From Azolla caroliniana (taxonomy: Eukaryota > Plantae > Polypodiophyta): a stretch of DNA of 64,000 nt. The DNA is taken from positions 14,880,001-14,944,000 of the forward strand of contig JBHGNT010000005.1 in assembly GCA_043228905.1 (NCBI GenBank), written 5' to 3'. Of the stretch, positions 1 through 10,575 are shown piece after piece. The notes beneath the pieces are model-generated. The model ran no database searches. It had not been told where the DNA came from and saw only the letters and a list, made by a program, of their open reading frames with translations. Made by a program: the position numbers and the translations under genes. Each line of letters starts with the position of its first letter. Positions within the stretch are counted from its first letter, which is position 1.

Positions 1-690
1 CTTGGAAGTCATTGGACACCTCATTCTTCAATTTTCCCGGCTCCTCTTCATGGGTAGAACCGGTGTTCTGCACTAACACTTTACAAACATGTTCCTCTTC
101 TAGGGTTGTTGTCTTCATTGCAAACTCCTCGTTGATGATGCTAGACACTTGGTTCTTTCTACAATCTTGCTCCAAGTGCAGGCTACTTGCAGTGTTTTGG
201 TAAGACACCTCATTCATAGTACCACCCTGTTCTTCTTCTTGGGTGGTTGCTACAATCTCCTTAACGATACAATCTTGCCCTAGGTTAAGGCTACTTGCAG
301 TGTTTTGGACACACACCTCATTTTTTGTACAACCATGATCCTTTCCTTGGGTCAAATTCACATTCCCTACAGACTCCTCGTATAAGTTGCTTGTCACCTC
401 ACCTCATTTTGTGTGCACTCCCGCTCCTCTTTTTGGGTGATTTCACATTCCTCATGTGTAATAGCATTTGAGCCTGAATAATCAAGATTGCTCCATAAAC
501 TGCTTGAATCATCTGATGGTATTTGGGAATCTCCATGTTCTTCTACTCCTAAATAAAATAGAGGGATACAAGAACAATATCAAGCCACATTCTGAAAAAG
601 TGAAGGCACCTCGCCAAATGTTTAAGGTTAATGGACAAATGTTTACCTACTGTTACATCTTCATCCTGATCTTTTGTAGACGAGTCTTTG
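1..690 (-). pseudogene. Degenerate exons encoding acidic, internally repeated peptide (about 100-bp units); possibly 3' part of the RING-containing gene
   Basis: - strand reads DSSTKDQDEDVTV|GT..AG|GVEEHGDSQIPSDDSSSLWSNLDYSGSNAITHEECEITQKEERECTQNEV, then frameshifts/stops. Recurring motifs ACACCTCATT (about 17, 205, 313) and GGCTACTTGCAGTGTTTTGG (about 181, 289). Confidence 0.4.
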
Positions 691-739
691 CAGATGATAA
701 GAGTACATATTTTAACATGAGTCCAATATTACAAATATT

Positions 740-1520
740 ATTAGTACTGAATCAAGTGGACATTTAAGACCTTCAATATTAAATAATCAGTACTGATTCA
801 ACTAATCACGAAGGAATACATTATAATCAGTAATCAGTAATATTAGTACTAAATAGCCAAGACCTTCATGTGGTGTTGTTCGGTCATGCAGAGCCTAAGT
901 CAAGTGGACACAAAACGTACAATGTAATGAACAATTTAGTACTAATACAAGTAGTCTAGTGGACAATTAAGACCTTCAGTACTAAATAATCAATACTTAA
1001 TCAATTGATCACCAAAAAATACAATGTAATCAGTATTGTTAGTACTTTCAACAAAAAAAGGACTTGAGGGCACAATACTGAACCATCTGGACACAAAAAG
1101 TCGATATTTCATGTGGTAATGAACAATATTAGTACTAAACAACCAAGACCTTCATGTGGTGTTGTTCGGTCATGTGGAGCCTAAGTCAAGTGGACACAAA
1201 ATGTACAATGTAAGGAACAATTTAGTACTAATACAAGTAGTCCAGTGGACAATTAAAACCTTCAGTACTTAATCAACTGGTCACCAAGAAATACAATGTA
1301 ATCAGTATTGTTAGTACTTAATCAAAAAAAAAGGGACTTGAGGGCACAGTATTGAACCATCTGGACACAAAAAGTCGATATTTCATGTGGTAATGAACAA
1401 TGTTAGTACTAAACATCCAAGACCTTCATGCCTATTTGTTCGGTCATGCAAAGCCTAAGTCAAGTGGACACAAAAAGTACAATGTAATCAGTAATGTTAG
1501 TACTGAATCATGAATAAAGG
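740..1520. repeat. Tandem array, about 275-290 bp higher-order unit built from short AGTACT/GTGGACA subunits
   Basis: AAGACCTTCATG...TTCGGTCATG...AGCCTAAGTCAAGTGGACACAAAA recurs at about 859, 1146 and 1419; AGTACT recurs every 40-70 bp. Confidence 0.85.
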
Positions 1521-1609
1521 ATCTTGAGGGAACAATACTCATAGGTATAAGAACATAACCAAAAGTAAAATTATAAAATCATAGTATAAAAATTGCATAA
1601 TGCTTAATC

Positions 1610-1799
1610 ACATACGATAGGAGTGTACTTTCAAACCCCGAGCCAAGTACCATTCGGCTCCAACTATACTTTTACAGTCCAAACATATATTTTCTTTCTC
1701 AAAATGGTACTTAACGCATAACAAATTATATGTGTGCAAGCATGGTGTAATGATAGCATCCATAGCCTCAAGCTTGAATCCAAGGTCACAGAATAAACA
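1610..1799 (-). pseudogene. RING-H2-like zinc-finger exon (degenerate)
   Basis: Manual translation CLFCDLGFKLEAMDAIITPCLHTYNLLCVKYHFEKENICLDCKSIVGAEWYLARGLKVHSY = C-x2-C-x15-C-x-H-x2-[N]-x2-C-x10-C-x2-C. The fifth ligand is Asn (AAT) instead of His; an in-frame TGA lies two codons upstream; GTATGT donor-like site at about 1615. Confidence 0.6.
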
Positions 1800-2029
1800 C
1801 CTTCACTAACGAGACACAACATACACTATATTAGCACCAATGATATTTTATACCATAGAAGTTCAAAAAAGAAAAATATAAACCATTATCGTGATATAGT
1901 AATACTTGTCATTGTACTTTCCATCCAAGCAGGGTGCTCAACTATGTCTGGACATAGAGTATCTAAACCTTTACCTTTTAGACCCTTCATCAAACATGCA
2001 GAGGGGACACGTTTGAAGCACGGGTTGCA

Positions 2030-2540
2030 AGCAAACGAGCACACTAGGTAGAGGGAACACAACAAGCACAGGTCGTTGAAAGGTGTCGATGCAAAGATAA
2101 CACAATGAGCAAAGAACACCTAGAGGTAGAGGGAACACGACCATCAGAGCAGAGGTCGATGCAAAGGGGACATGGTGAGTAAAGAACACCTAAGACAGAG
2201 AACGCGGCCAGTAGAGCAAAGATTGATGCAAAGGGGACATAATAGAACACCTGAGAGAGAGAATGTTGCTAGCAAAGGAATACTAGAAGATGCATATGGG
2301 TCTCGACGAGGAGAGTGTCTAGAGAACACGGCCAGTAAAGAACACCTAGAGGATGCATATGGGTCTCGACAAGGAGTGTTTGCAGAGAACACCTGAGAGA
2401 GAGAGAACGCGGCCAGCAAAGCAAAGGTTGATGCAAAGAGGACACAGTAGAACACCTGAGAGAGAGAACGCATCCAACAGAGAACACCTAGAAGATGGAG
2501 ATGGGTCTCGACGAGGAGAGTTTGCAAAGAACGTGGGTAA
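2030..2540. repeat. Degenerate tandem array of about 55-65 bp purine-rich units
   Basis: Recurring AGAACACCT(AGAG/GAGA), GATGCAAAGGGGACA and GGGTCTCGACGAGGAGAG modules; these explain the overlapping repetitive ORFs at 1971-2607. Confidence 0.85.
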
Positions 2541-2754
2541 ACAACAAGTGTATTGTTGTTGTAGAGAGGACACGAGGAGTGGGGACTACATGGAGGTTAC
2601 AGAGTGAGAAAAGAACGTGTAGAAACCTATGCAAAAGGTGGAAGAGAGAGACTCGAGAGAGGGAGGTATGAACCTAGGGAATCAGCGAGTAGAAGGGGGA
2701 AGGAAAGAGTGTGAGAGAGGAGGTACAAACTTAGGGAATCACCGAGTGGAAAGG

Positions 2755-2759
<5 letters not shown>

Positions 2760-2802
<43 letters not shown>
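2760..2802. repeat. (GA)n microsatellite
   Basis: Directly visible. Confidence 0.95.
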
Positions 2803-2803
<1 letters not shown>

Positions 2804-3016
2804 TCTAACTTACTAGCTGACAGTTTGAGATAAAATTTTATGCCAAGAGAGAAAGAAAGATATATTAACGTCTTCTAAGGCCAAATTTGGCCCATGAGAC
2901 AAATAGGTTACAACAAAAGATGAGTGTTTATCCAATCATCAAAACTAAAAATAAAAGAAAATAGCTTAAGCTAAGAAAGTTCTAGTAGTGTACAAAACTT
3001 TGCACTAAGCCTAATC

Positions 3017-6000
3017 TCATTTCCACCCAAGTCTCTCAAAAAGAAGTGGGAGGTCAAAAGTTTTTGGTGTGGGTGTGACCCATGGTCCCGATGCATAGAG
3101 TGCCCTAGCCATGGCTTCTAGGCGGTGTAGTTCACGTTCCCTTATTTTCTTTATTGCTTCTACATCTCGTCGAGTTGCTTTGAAACCCGGCATCCGAGGG
3201 CGTTTGGTTCTTCTTTGATTTTCTGCTTCATCAAGGAGAAGTCCGAGTGGTACAGGTGTGTCGACATTCATCGTCTCCCCCTGTTCCTGAAAAACTTCAT
3301 TTGTTATATGTTGGTAAACATTAGCAACATTATTATCAACGTTTTGTAATTTGTTCTCTCTGTGGTGTTTCAATTCTAAGATGTATCTACCTAATTTCTT
3401 TATATCTAGTGTATCTAATAGTTTAGGGAGGGTGGGAGAGGAACCAAGTATGTCTTGGTATTTTGCCCTTATCTCGGCATAGGTGGGGCATTTGCATGTA
3501 AAATGGTACTCATCCTCTATCTCTATGTGGCATAACCTACATATCCTTTCCTCCCTAGGGACTCCATTAGTACGTCCATTCTCAATCTCAAGTTGGTGAG
3601 ATGATATTCTAAGTTGACCAATGGCAACCCTTAGTGCATGTGGTAAGAATACATCTAGATATTTTGGGCGCGTGATAAAACCTAACTCAGAGAAGTGCAT
3701 AAAGTGTTCTTTATAGTACGACATTTTAGATGGGAGTGGCTCTAGTGGGGTGATCCATTTATACCGGGTATAAATTTGCCATATTTCTTGGCGTATTACT
3801 TTATTACGGTCCTCATGAGAGAGTAAAGTGTTATCATTCGTGTGGTCGTACTTAAGGGGGGGGAGGTTAGTAATGTCTAGACCGTTGGCAAGAAGCCAAC
3901 TCACCATCATGCCATACCATGAGCTAGTATAGCCGGACTCATACAATGCTCGAGAAGCCTTAAAGGCTTGGTGGGATATTCTATCAAGTGGTTGGTTATG
4001 TATCCTGTGTATAAAGACTACCAGTTGAAAAAGTGCTTCTACTAACATAGGGGGTAGAGTGAACTCAGCCCTAATAATGTCATGTGGGACCGACGATTTG
4101 CTTCGGAGTTGGCGTGATAACATCATCACCAATGGTCTCTCTAATTGCGTCCACATGAAAGATGGTAGTCCTGGGGCCCAAACCGCTGATGCATACATGA
4201 GAGAGGGAGTCACTAATGAGTCAAAGAGCCACCCTTTAGTTCGTGGCTCTTGGAAGTATGCTTGGTGGCATTGTCTCTCGAGGAGTGAGAGGGATGCATG
4301 TCCTCTTGTAAGTCTATCCTTCGCTGCTTGTGTCATCGAAAATTTACCTGAGCGGGCACTGAAAGTGACTCCGAGATAGACATATGATCCAACCACCTCA
4401 ACTGGGCTATGGGAGATAGTTAGGTGACACTTAGCCCTAACTTGGGCCAACGTGTGGAAGATAAGGACTTTAGTTTTCCCTAGATTCACTACCAATCCTC
4501 GTTGTGTGCAAAAGTCATCTAAGGCATTAAGGTGCCTTTGTAGGTCGTGTTCGGATTCAGAGAGCAAAACTATGTCATCTGCATAGAGCAAGATACGCAC
4601 CTGCGTATCTCCAAGGACTACTCCATTGCCTCCCTTACGAGCAATAAAATCTGTGATCTCATCAATGTAGATCCCAAAAAGAGTCGGAGATAAGGGGCAA
4701 CCTTGTTTTACACCAATAGTGCTAGTGAAACTATCGGATATGCCGCCTGGGCATCGAACACACCCGGACACTTGTTCATATAGTGCGTAGATGGCCCAAA
4801 CCATGTCATCTGGTATCCTCAAGCTCTTAAGCCTATCAAACAACCGCTCTCTAGGGACCGTGTCAAAGGCTTTGCGGAAGTCCACAAAACAACAATATAG
4901 TTTCTTCTTGCGAGCCTTAGTCTGGTCAATTAAGCATCTAAGTGTGAAGATATGGTCAATAGTGGAGAAGGCTCGTCTAAAGCCGGCCTGTTCAGGTGCA
5001 CGAAGATTTAAGGTCTCCATATACTCGCTAAGCTCTGCCTCCATTACTGCACCATATAATTTAGCAAGGGTATGACCTATCATAATGGTCCTATAAGTAT
5101 TTGGGTCCATGGGGTCCCCCCCCTTATGTATGGGGGCCACTGTGTTCATGGTCCATTGTGATGGAAAACCCTCTGCAAGGGCACGATTGAAGATTAGAGT
5201 TAGTAAGGGAGCTAGGCACTCTCTCGCGTATATGATGTGTTCTGCTCGCAACCCTGTGTGGTCCATGGACTTCCTATGTTGTAATTTCTTTATGACCTTC
5301 GTGACCCTAGAGGTCGTGAAGAGTGTCCCCACAGTAGGTCGGGGTGTGGAAGGCATTGGAATGGGTGGTTGGTTTGGGATGTGGTAAAGTCTCTCTGTAT
5401 AAGTGTGCCAAGTTTCGGGATCTTCGATGGGTGTTTGTGGTCTTGGTTCCCGTAATCTCTTCCATGCAGTGGCACAATCGTTACTCATGAGCATGTGGTA
5501 GAGTTCCCAATATTGGGATGCCTCCCATGCTCGTCTCTTACGACGTGTCATCTTGCGCATTTCTTTACGAGCTTGTACTGAGGTAATACTACCACTGAGT
5601 TGCGATATTGTAAGTTGTCGATGTAAGCACCTACAATCCTCATCATACCATCTATTTTGTGGCATAGATCCTACTTTACCTTGATTGGAGTGTTTCGTGT
5701 ATGGGAAGCTGCTAACCGCTGCAGAATGAAGGATGTGTGTGAGTTTCGTATTAAGGCTCTCTAAAGGTAGGGAGGGATCAAGGGAGGAGAGATGGGCTTG
5801 AACATGTCGAGCATATATGTCAGAGAGCTCATGTGTGAAATGTATGGTGATGTCATGGCGTGGTTGACTAGAGTTGGTGACGTTAGAGATATCGCATTTT
5901 ATCTCGAAGTATAAGAAACTATGGTCCGCGCCAATAGGACATGGGGTCACTCGGAAGGAGTTAATCATGTGGGTGGCTTCAGGGCGTCCTATTAGATAAT

Positions 6001-6760
6001 CGACTGTGCTTTCCCCTCCTCCATGTGGGAAACATGTGAGCTCTTCCGAACCTGGCCACTTGGCTAAACCATTATATATGACCATCTGGTGCCGACTACC
6101 GAGTTCGAGCAAATGATGGCCAAAGCTCGTGGCGTCTGCACCTTGATCCTTTGATTTACGTGTGGTGTCTATGTCTGAAGGATCGACATTTACCATTTCT
6201 AGGTTTCTATTCATTTGAAATATTGTGCATTGTCGGGATTGGGTTCTCGCATTAAAGTCTCCTACAAGGAATACTTCGCCTTGGGAAGAATATCGGATTA
6301 TTTCATCCGATAGAGGTTCATATGGGGAAGGCCCATGTGGCACTCCGTCATCAACTGATCTCGCCTCGCCAGCCAGATTATAACGAGAGCCTTTTGGGGG
6401 GAAGTAACAAATGGCGAAAATTACTGCCTTGTCCTTGCTTGTGGAGACTTTCACCCACATAAAACGAGCTTCTGGGTCAGTGCTCAGTATTTCTATCCTA
6501 TTATGTAGCTCCCTCCGAAACAATATTGCGACACCTCCAGATCCCCTGGTAGTGCATCGACGTGAGGTTTGTCTAAAAGCCGACTCCCAACGAAATCCTT
6601 CGACTCGTGGGAGTCCCCTATTTGGGCTTTGGTGTGTTTCTACTAGGCAAACTATATCTGATTCCTTTAATATCCCCTCTAGGCGGCCGGGGTGTGTCCA
6701 GAGTGCGCCGTTACAATTCCATAAGGTCATCCTAAGTGTGTTTTCTGTCACATGGGCCAC
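3017..6760 (-). CDS. LINE ORF2: apurinic endonuclease + reverse transcriptase + C-terminal Cys/His motif (1247 aa)
   Basis: EN motifs WNCNG, LVETH, GDFNAR, STVDY, GADH; RT motifs EQAGFR, FVDFRKAFDTV, GVKQGCPLSPTLF, LYADD, YVYLG; C-terminal LEIENGR..PREERICRLC..EDEYHF.C.CP.Y. No stops. The track start is GTG; the first ATG is at about 6730. Confidence 0.97.
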   Translation of the reverse strand: MAHVTENTLRMTLWNCNGALWTHPGRLEGILKESDIVCLVETHQSPNRGLPRVEGFRWESAFRQTSRRCTTRGSGGVAILFRRELHNRIEILSTDPEARFMWVKVSTSKDKAVIFAICYFPPKGSRYNLAGEARSVDDGVPHGPSPYEPLSDEIIRYSSQGEVFLVGDFNARTQSRQCTIFQMNRNLEMVNVDPSDIDTTRKSKDQGADATSFGHHLLELGSRHQMVIYNGLAKWPGSEELTCFPHGGGESTVDYLIGRPEATHMINSFRVTPCPIGADHSFLYFEIKCDISNVTNSSQPRHDITIHFTHELSDIYARHVQAHLSSLDPSLPLESLNTKLTHILHSAAVSSFPYTKHSNQGKVGSMPQNRWYDEDCRCLHRQLTISQLSGSITSVQARKEMRKMTRRKRRAWEASQYWELYHMLMSNDCATAWKRLREPRPQTPIEDPETWHTYTERLYHIPNQPPIPMPSTPRPTVGTLFTTSRVTKVIKKLQHRKSMDHTGLRAEHIIYARECLAPLLTLIFNRALAEGFPSQWTMNTVAPIHKGGDPMDPNTYRTIMIGHTLAKLYGAVMEAELSEYMETLNLRAPEQAGFRRAFSTIDHIFTLRCLIDQTKARKKKLYCCFVDFRKAFDTVPRERLFDRLKSLRIPDDMVWAIYALYEQVSGCVRCPGGISDSFTSTIGVKQGCPLSPTLFGIYIDEITDFIARKGGNGVVLGDTQVRILLYADDIVLLSESEHDLQRHLNALDDFCTQRGLVVNLGKTKVLIFHTLAQVRAKCHLTISHSPVEVVGSYVYLGVTFSARSGKFSMTQAAKDRLTRGHASLSLLERQCHQAYFQEPRTKGWLFDSLVTPSLMYASAVWAPGLPSFMWTQLERPLVMMLSRQLRSKSSVPHDIIRAEFTLPPMLVEALFQLVVFIHRIHNQPLDRISHQAFKASRALYESGYTSSWYGMMVSWLLANGLDITNLPPLKYDHTNDNTLLSHEDRNKVIRQEIWQIYTRYKWITPLEPLPSKMSYYKEHFMHFSELGFITRPKYLDVFLPHALRVAIGQLRISSHQLEIENGRTNGVPREERICRLCHIEIEDEYHFTCKCPTYAEIRAKYQDILGSSPTLPKLLDTLDIKKLGRYILELKHHRENKLQNVDNNVANVYQHITNEVFQEQGETMNVDTPVPLGLLLDEAENQRRTKRPRMPGFKATRRDVEAIKKIRERELHRLEAMARALYASGPWVTPTPKTFDLPLLFERLGWK

Positions 6761-6766
6761 ACGCCG

Positions 6767-7573
6767 TCAATTAGTAGTGCGATCATTTATGATCACTCGC
6801 CCATCTCGATAAAAGGCGCGATGCCCGTCTTTGCGAGCTTGCATAACCTTTGGCATACAACTCTTGCGATGCTCAATTTGCATCTTGGTGAGGTCTTCAT
6901 CGAGATAGATAGGGTCCCCACCCAATCCTCGAAGAATTGGTCTCTTCTTAAAGAAAGTGATTCTAGAGTCTAAGTCTTTAAATTGAAGAACTAAGGCTCT
7001 CTTCCTAGTTGTGTCGCGTCCAGCCCTCCAAGCTTTGGTAATAGGTAGGGTCGTTGTGTACCCTAACATTTTCCCGAGTGTTTGTGCATCCTCGTCCGGG
7101 GATGCACCTTCCTTGAGCCCAGTGACACGCACATTTAGGCGTCGGGCCTGACGCATTTTCTCCTCTTCGAGGGTGGTATTAACAATATTTTCATCCTTTA
7201 TTTCTTTTTTAATGTTTCTTTTAACGACATCTACCCAACCCGTTTTTGCTAATTCTATGTTATTTTTAACCTCCTCTTTAACTTTTTTGATCTCATCTTT
7301 TATATCCTCTATGGAGGATATTTCACCGTCCTCTCGGGATACCTTGATGTCATTAAGTTGTTGTTTGAGGTTTGTGTTTTCCTCTTTAAGTTTTTCTATT
7401 TCGGCCTTGAGGGTGTCTTTTTCCTCTCTATCTTTTTTCTTGTGGGTTTCGGCGTCTTTCACCCATTTTTTCATATCCGTCTCTATTTTTGTTAAACGGT
7501 TAAACATATCCAAAAAGTCCTCCTTACTTATAGCCTCGTCTTGTGTATCCTTGTGTTCCTTTCGTTTAGACAT
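6767..7573 (-). CDS. LINE ORF1: coiled coil + RRM-like + C-terminal domain (L1/Transposase_22-type architecture, 268 aa)
   Basis: N-terminal heptads; RRLNVRVTGLKE; AWRAGR..RALVLQF; IYLDEDLT. Ends a few bp before ORF2. Confidence 0.9.
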   Translation of the reverse strand: MSKRKEHKDTQDEAISKEDFLDMFNRLTKIETDMKKWVKDAETHKKKDREEKDTLKAEIEKLKEENTNLKQQLNDIKVSREDGEISSIEDIKDEIKKVKEEVKNNIELAKTGWVDVVKRNIKKEIKDENIVNTTLEEEKMRQARRLNVRVTGLKEGASPDEDAQTLGKMLGYTTTLPITKAWRAGRDTTRKRALVLQFKDLDSRITFFKKRPILRGLGGDPIYLDEDLTKMQIEHRKSCMPKVMQARKDGHRAFYRDGRVIINDRTTN

Positions 7574-7821
7574 TGTAGTGTCAATAAGAAAAGAAAAGAA
7601 AAAGGATAAAATAAATGGGTTCGAGACTTAGCCGAGTTTGTGTTATGTCGTAGTCACATTGGCATTTCGCACACGACGAGCACGCTAAAAAGAACAAGGA
7701 TGCGCCGCCAAGAGAAGAAACGTGACACTCGGCAACCTCAAGAAACAAGGTGGAGAAGAGCACGGCAACGGCAACGGCGACTACACCGGATGATGACGAA
7801 CTGCAGTAGGTCGTCCAGCAC

Positions 7822-8080
7822 GCCGACGGCAGCAGACGGCGACGGACGTCAGCAGACGTCAGCAGACGGCGACGGACGGCAGCAAACGGCAGCAAACGGC
7901 GACGGACGTCAGCAGACGGCAGCAGACGGCGACGGACGTCAGAGGCGGCAGCGCGGCAACAGACGACAGCAGCGCACGATGGGGGGGGACTGCAACTCGG
8001 TAGCAGGCGGCGACAGACGTCGCAGACGGCAGCGACGACAGCGTGGCGCACGACCGTTGCTGCTGGCGCACGACCGTTGC
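7822..8080. repeat. GC-rich about 27-30 bp tandem repeat in the LINE 5'UTR
   Basis: CGGCAGCAGACGGCGACGGACGTCAGCAGA-like units, CpG-dense. Confidence 0.9.
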
Positions 8081-8649
8081 AGAGAGAGAGAGAGAGAACA
8101 GAAGAGAGAGAGAGAGACTTACTGACTATCTTCATGATTGACTGACTTCTTGAGATCTTGTACAATTAAGACCTCCGTATAACATTACCTAGGATTGTGA
8201 ACCAACAACCTCAAATGAAATTGACTACAAGAGGGACACTTGGACACAAACATAACAGTGGAAGGATGTGCAATGTTTTTTCATATTTGAAATCCATTTT
8301 CATTGAATGTGACTTTTAATTTTAACACAAGTGATGATCAACTTTTTAAACCCAAACATTGGATTATTTTTACACTTTTAAGTTTTTCCTCGTCATAGAA
8401 TTAGTACTAAACATTTGGCCAAAAGTTGGTACACCGTAGAGTGCTCTGACCCAACTCCAAGTTTATAAATATTCATTCTACAGCTAGCAAACATCTCTCT
8501 TAGCGGTTAATGCAAGTAAATATCAAAAACTTTAACTAGATTGAATAACACGTGATACTGGTGTATCTAGTTTTTGTAAACCACCTAAAATAACATCATT
8601 GTAGAAGGAATCTAAAAGTGGAATGCGCAGTACTTTCACTTGTGAATGC

Positions 8650-8820
8650 AAACATGTCGAAAGCCTTTCTCTGTGTTTTGTTTGCTTTGTCAATTGTAGA
8701 GGATTCTTCTAACCTCGCTCTGATACCATGTAAAGGAATAGCATGTAGAAGATAATGAACAACAGACACATCCGACTCAGCCGAACAGCAACAAATAGTT
8801 AGGTATACACACAGAATATG

Positions 8821-8857
<37 letters not shown>

Positions 8858-9150
8858 TGAGTGCGCGGACAAAAAAATTCTATTACAGGAAATAGGACTC
8901 AATACATACAATGTGCTCACATAGCACTTTTTATACAAGCCTTCTGACAGGGGTGACAAGTACTGACACTAATTTGCCTATAATAGGCCTATTTACTAAA
9001 ATAGGCATATAGTCTCCCTAACCTCCTGTCGGACTCCATCAGACTCGACCAGCCGATTCGACGGATTCAAGGTTGGCTATTCGATCCATGTCCGATCCAG
9101 CTTTCGGCTTATTAAGCTGATCGGCCCATGTTGAGCTTGTCCACTCAACA
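8650..9150 (-). mobile_element. Truncated copia 5' end: LTR 8729-9150 + tRNA-Met PBS
   Basis: GCTCTGATACCA (reverse complement of PBS TGGTATCAGAGC) at 8717-8728 abuts TG at 8729; the other end is ...GAGCTTGTCCACTCAACA, matching the LTR terminus type at 24893/36905; internal (GA)n. Confidence 0.75.
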
Positions 9151-10575
9151 AGATTGAACCAGCACCATTGGAGGAGGAGGCGGTTCAAGTAGCAAAGCGT
9201 AGGTTATTGGGAAGAGGCCCAACACGAGCAAGACACCTTGGAGAGAGGAGGCACTCCAAGGGCAGATCACCAAGGAAGATGCAAGGCATCAAGGGCCCCC
9301 AAGGAAAAGCAAGGTGAGGGAAAGAGTCCTTCATCAAGCGGAAAAGGTTTGTTTCAATTCTGGAGGACCACACTTGGCTTGGGAGCACCCCAAGTGAGAA
9401 GGGGGTTCCTCTCAAGTAGTGGGAGGCCTTTTGGCTCACTTTTTTAAAAGGTTGTCTTTATAGTGATTGTGCTCTGCAGAACACATTACGGTTTTGGATT
9501 TATGTCTAGAAAATATATTTTAAGTTGCCTTCCTTATTCAGCTTTTTCGTTTGAGGTGGTGGTCAGAGAGGCAGCCTGGTGCTGCAGACAGCAGTTTAAG
9601 TCCATCATGCAGAGTCGTATCTGCCCTGCCGATACATTCCCAACAACGTTTTACATAGCACAAACTGAAAATGGGAGGCTGCCAAAACTATTTGAACGAC
9701 AACATGCACACAGACAATTTGTTCCAGTACAAACTATTTACTCACAAACAGAAACAGAGCATGAAACCATTCACACAGAAATAGCCAGCCGTTTTGCTAA
9801 TAACTATTTCTATGAGATCATACAAATACAGATAAGAAATTTGCCACTGTGGATTCAACGGTAAGAGAGTGATGCAATTTCCTAAACACAAACACAGTGA
9901 TAACTGTATGTTGTAACCTTTGGAGCGCCTTTAAGATCTCAAAAGGCCTCCAACAAGATTTCTTTATTTGTTTCCAACATTACCTCTAGAAGTTCTCAAA
10001 GTAGGAAAACTAAGCTGTTAAATTAAATTTAAGAAACCACCACAATAAATTGCATAAACATTATTTGACGCTTGAGCAGTTGAACGAAGGGAAAAGTGTA
10101 ATAAAACAAATGGCATGCCTCAATACAACCATTTTCTGATAAATTCCACCGCCAATTAAGAACCCCAACAAATGTCCGCAAAGAAGCATACATAGAGTAT
10201 CTTGGTATAAGTTCCCATTAGAAGAATAAATAACACAGGCCCTCTGAATTAAGCACAAATGTAAGAAGTGTACATCTCTGGCCAACTCGTGGAGCGAATT
10301 TCATGAAGATAATAATCCCCCTAATGTGTACATCTACAAACGTTATACGGCTTATTGAGCATATTGGACACCTGAGGAGCCAACTCAGTGGCTTGGGGGA
10401 AGGGAGAGAGAGAGGGGGAGAGCAAGAGACTCTATTCCCATGACATCAATCAACAGAAAAACACAGAGCAAGGGCCAGGTCCAAAACCCTCTCGTAAGTC
10501 ATTCGTGCATAAAAAGCTCTTTCGTGGTTTAGGAATGAATTTTACAACCAAATATTAATGAGACAAATAACTGAG

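Larger units (their letters stand above)
2853..8101 (-). mobile_element. Full-length non-LTR retrotransposon (LINE), RTEX-like, two intact ORFs
   Basis: GC-rich repeat 5'UTR, ORF1, ORF2 (APE+RT+Cys motif), about 160-bp 3'UTR ending in a short TCTT/TC microsatellite tail. Candidate low-complexity TSD AAGAGAGA at 2845-2852 and 8102-8109; ends approximate. Confidence 0.85.

Noticed and set aside
740-1520. CRISPR-like appearance of spaced AGTACT motifs
   Set aside because: The intervening sequences are themselves repeated.
1971-2607. Cluster of overlapping ORFs on both strands
   Set aside because: By-products of the tandem repeat; no domain motifs.
7581-8165. 194-aa (-) and 161-aa (+) ORFs as a LINE ORF0 or antisense gene
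   Set aside because: They translate the GC-rich 5'UTR repeat; the - ORF starts outside the element.
9185-9864. Short ORFs downstream of the kinesin gene
   Set aside because: No recognisable motifs or exon structure.
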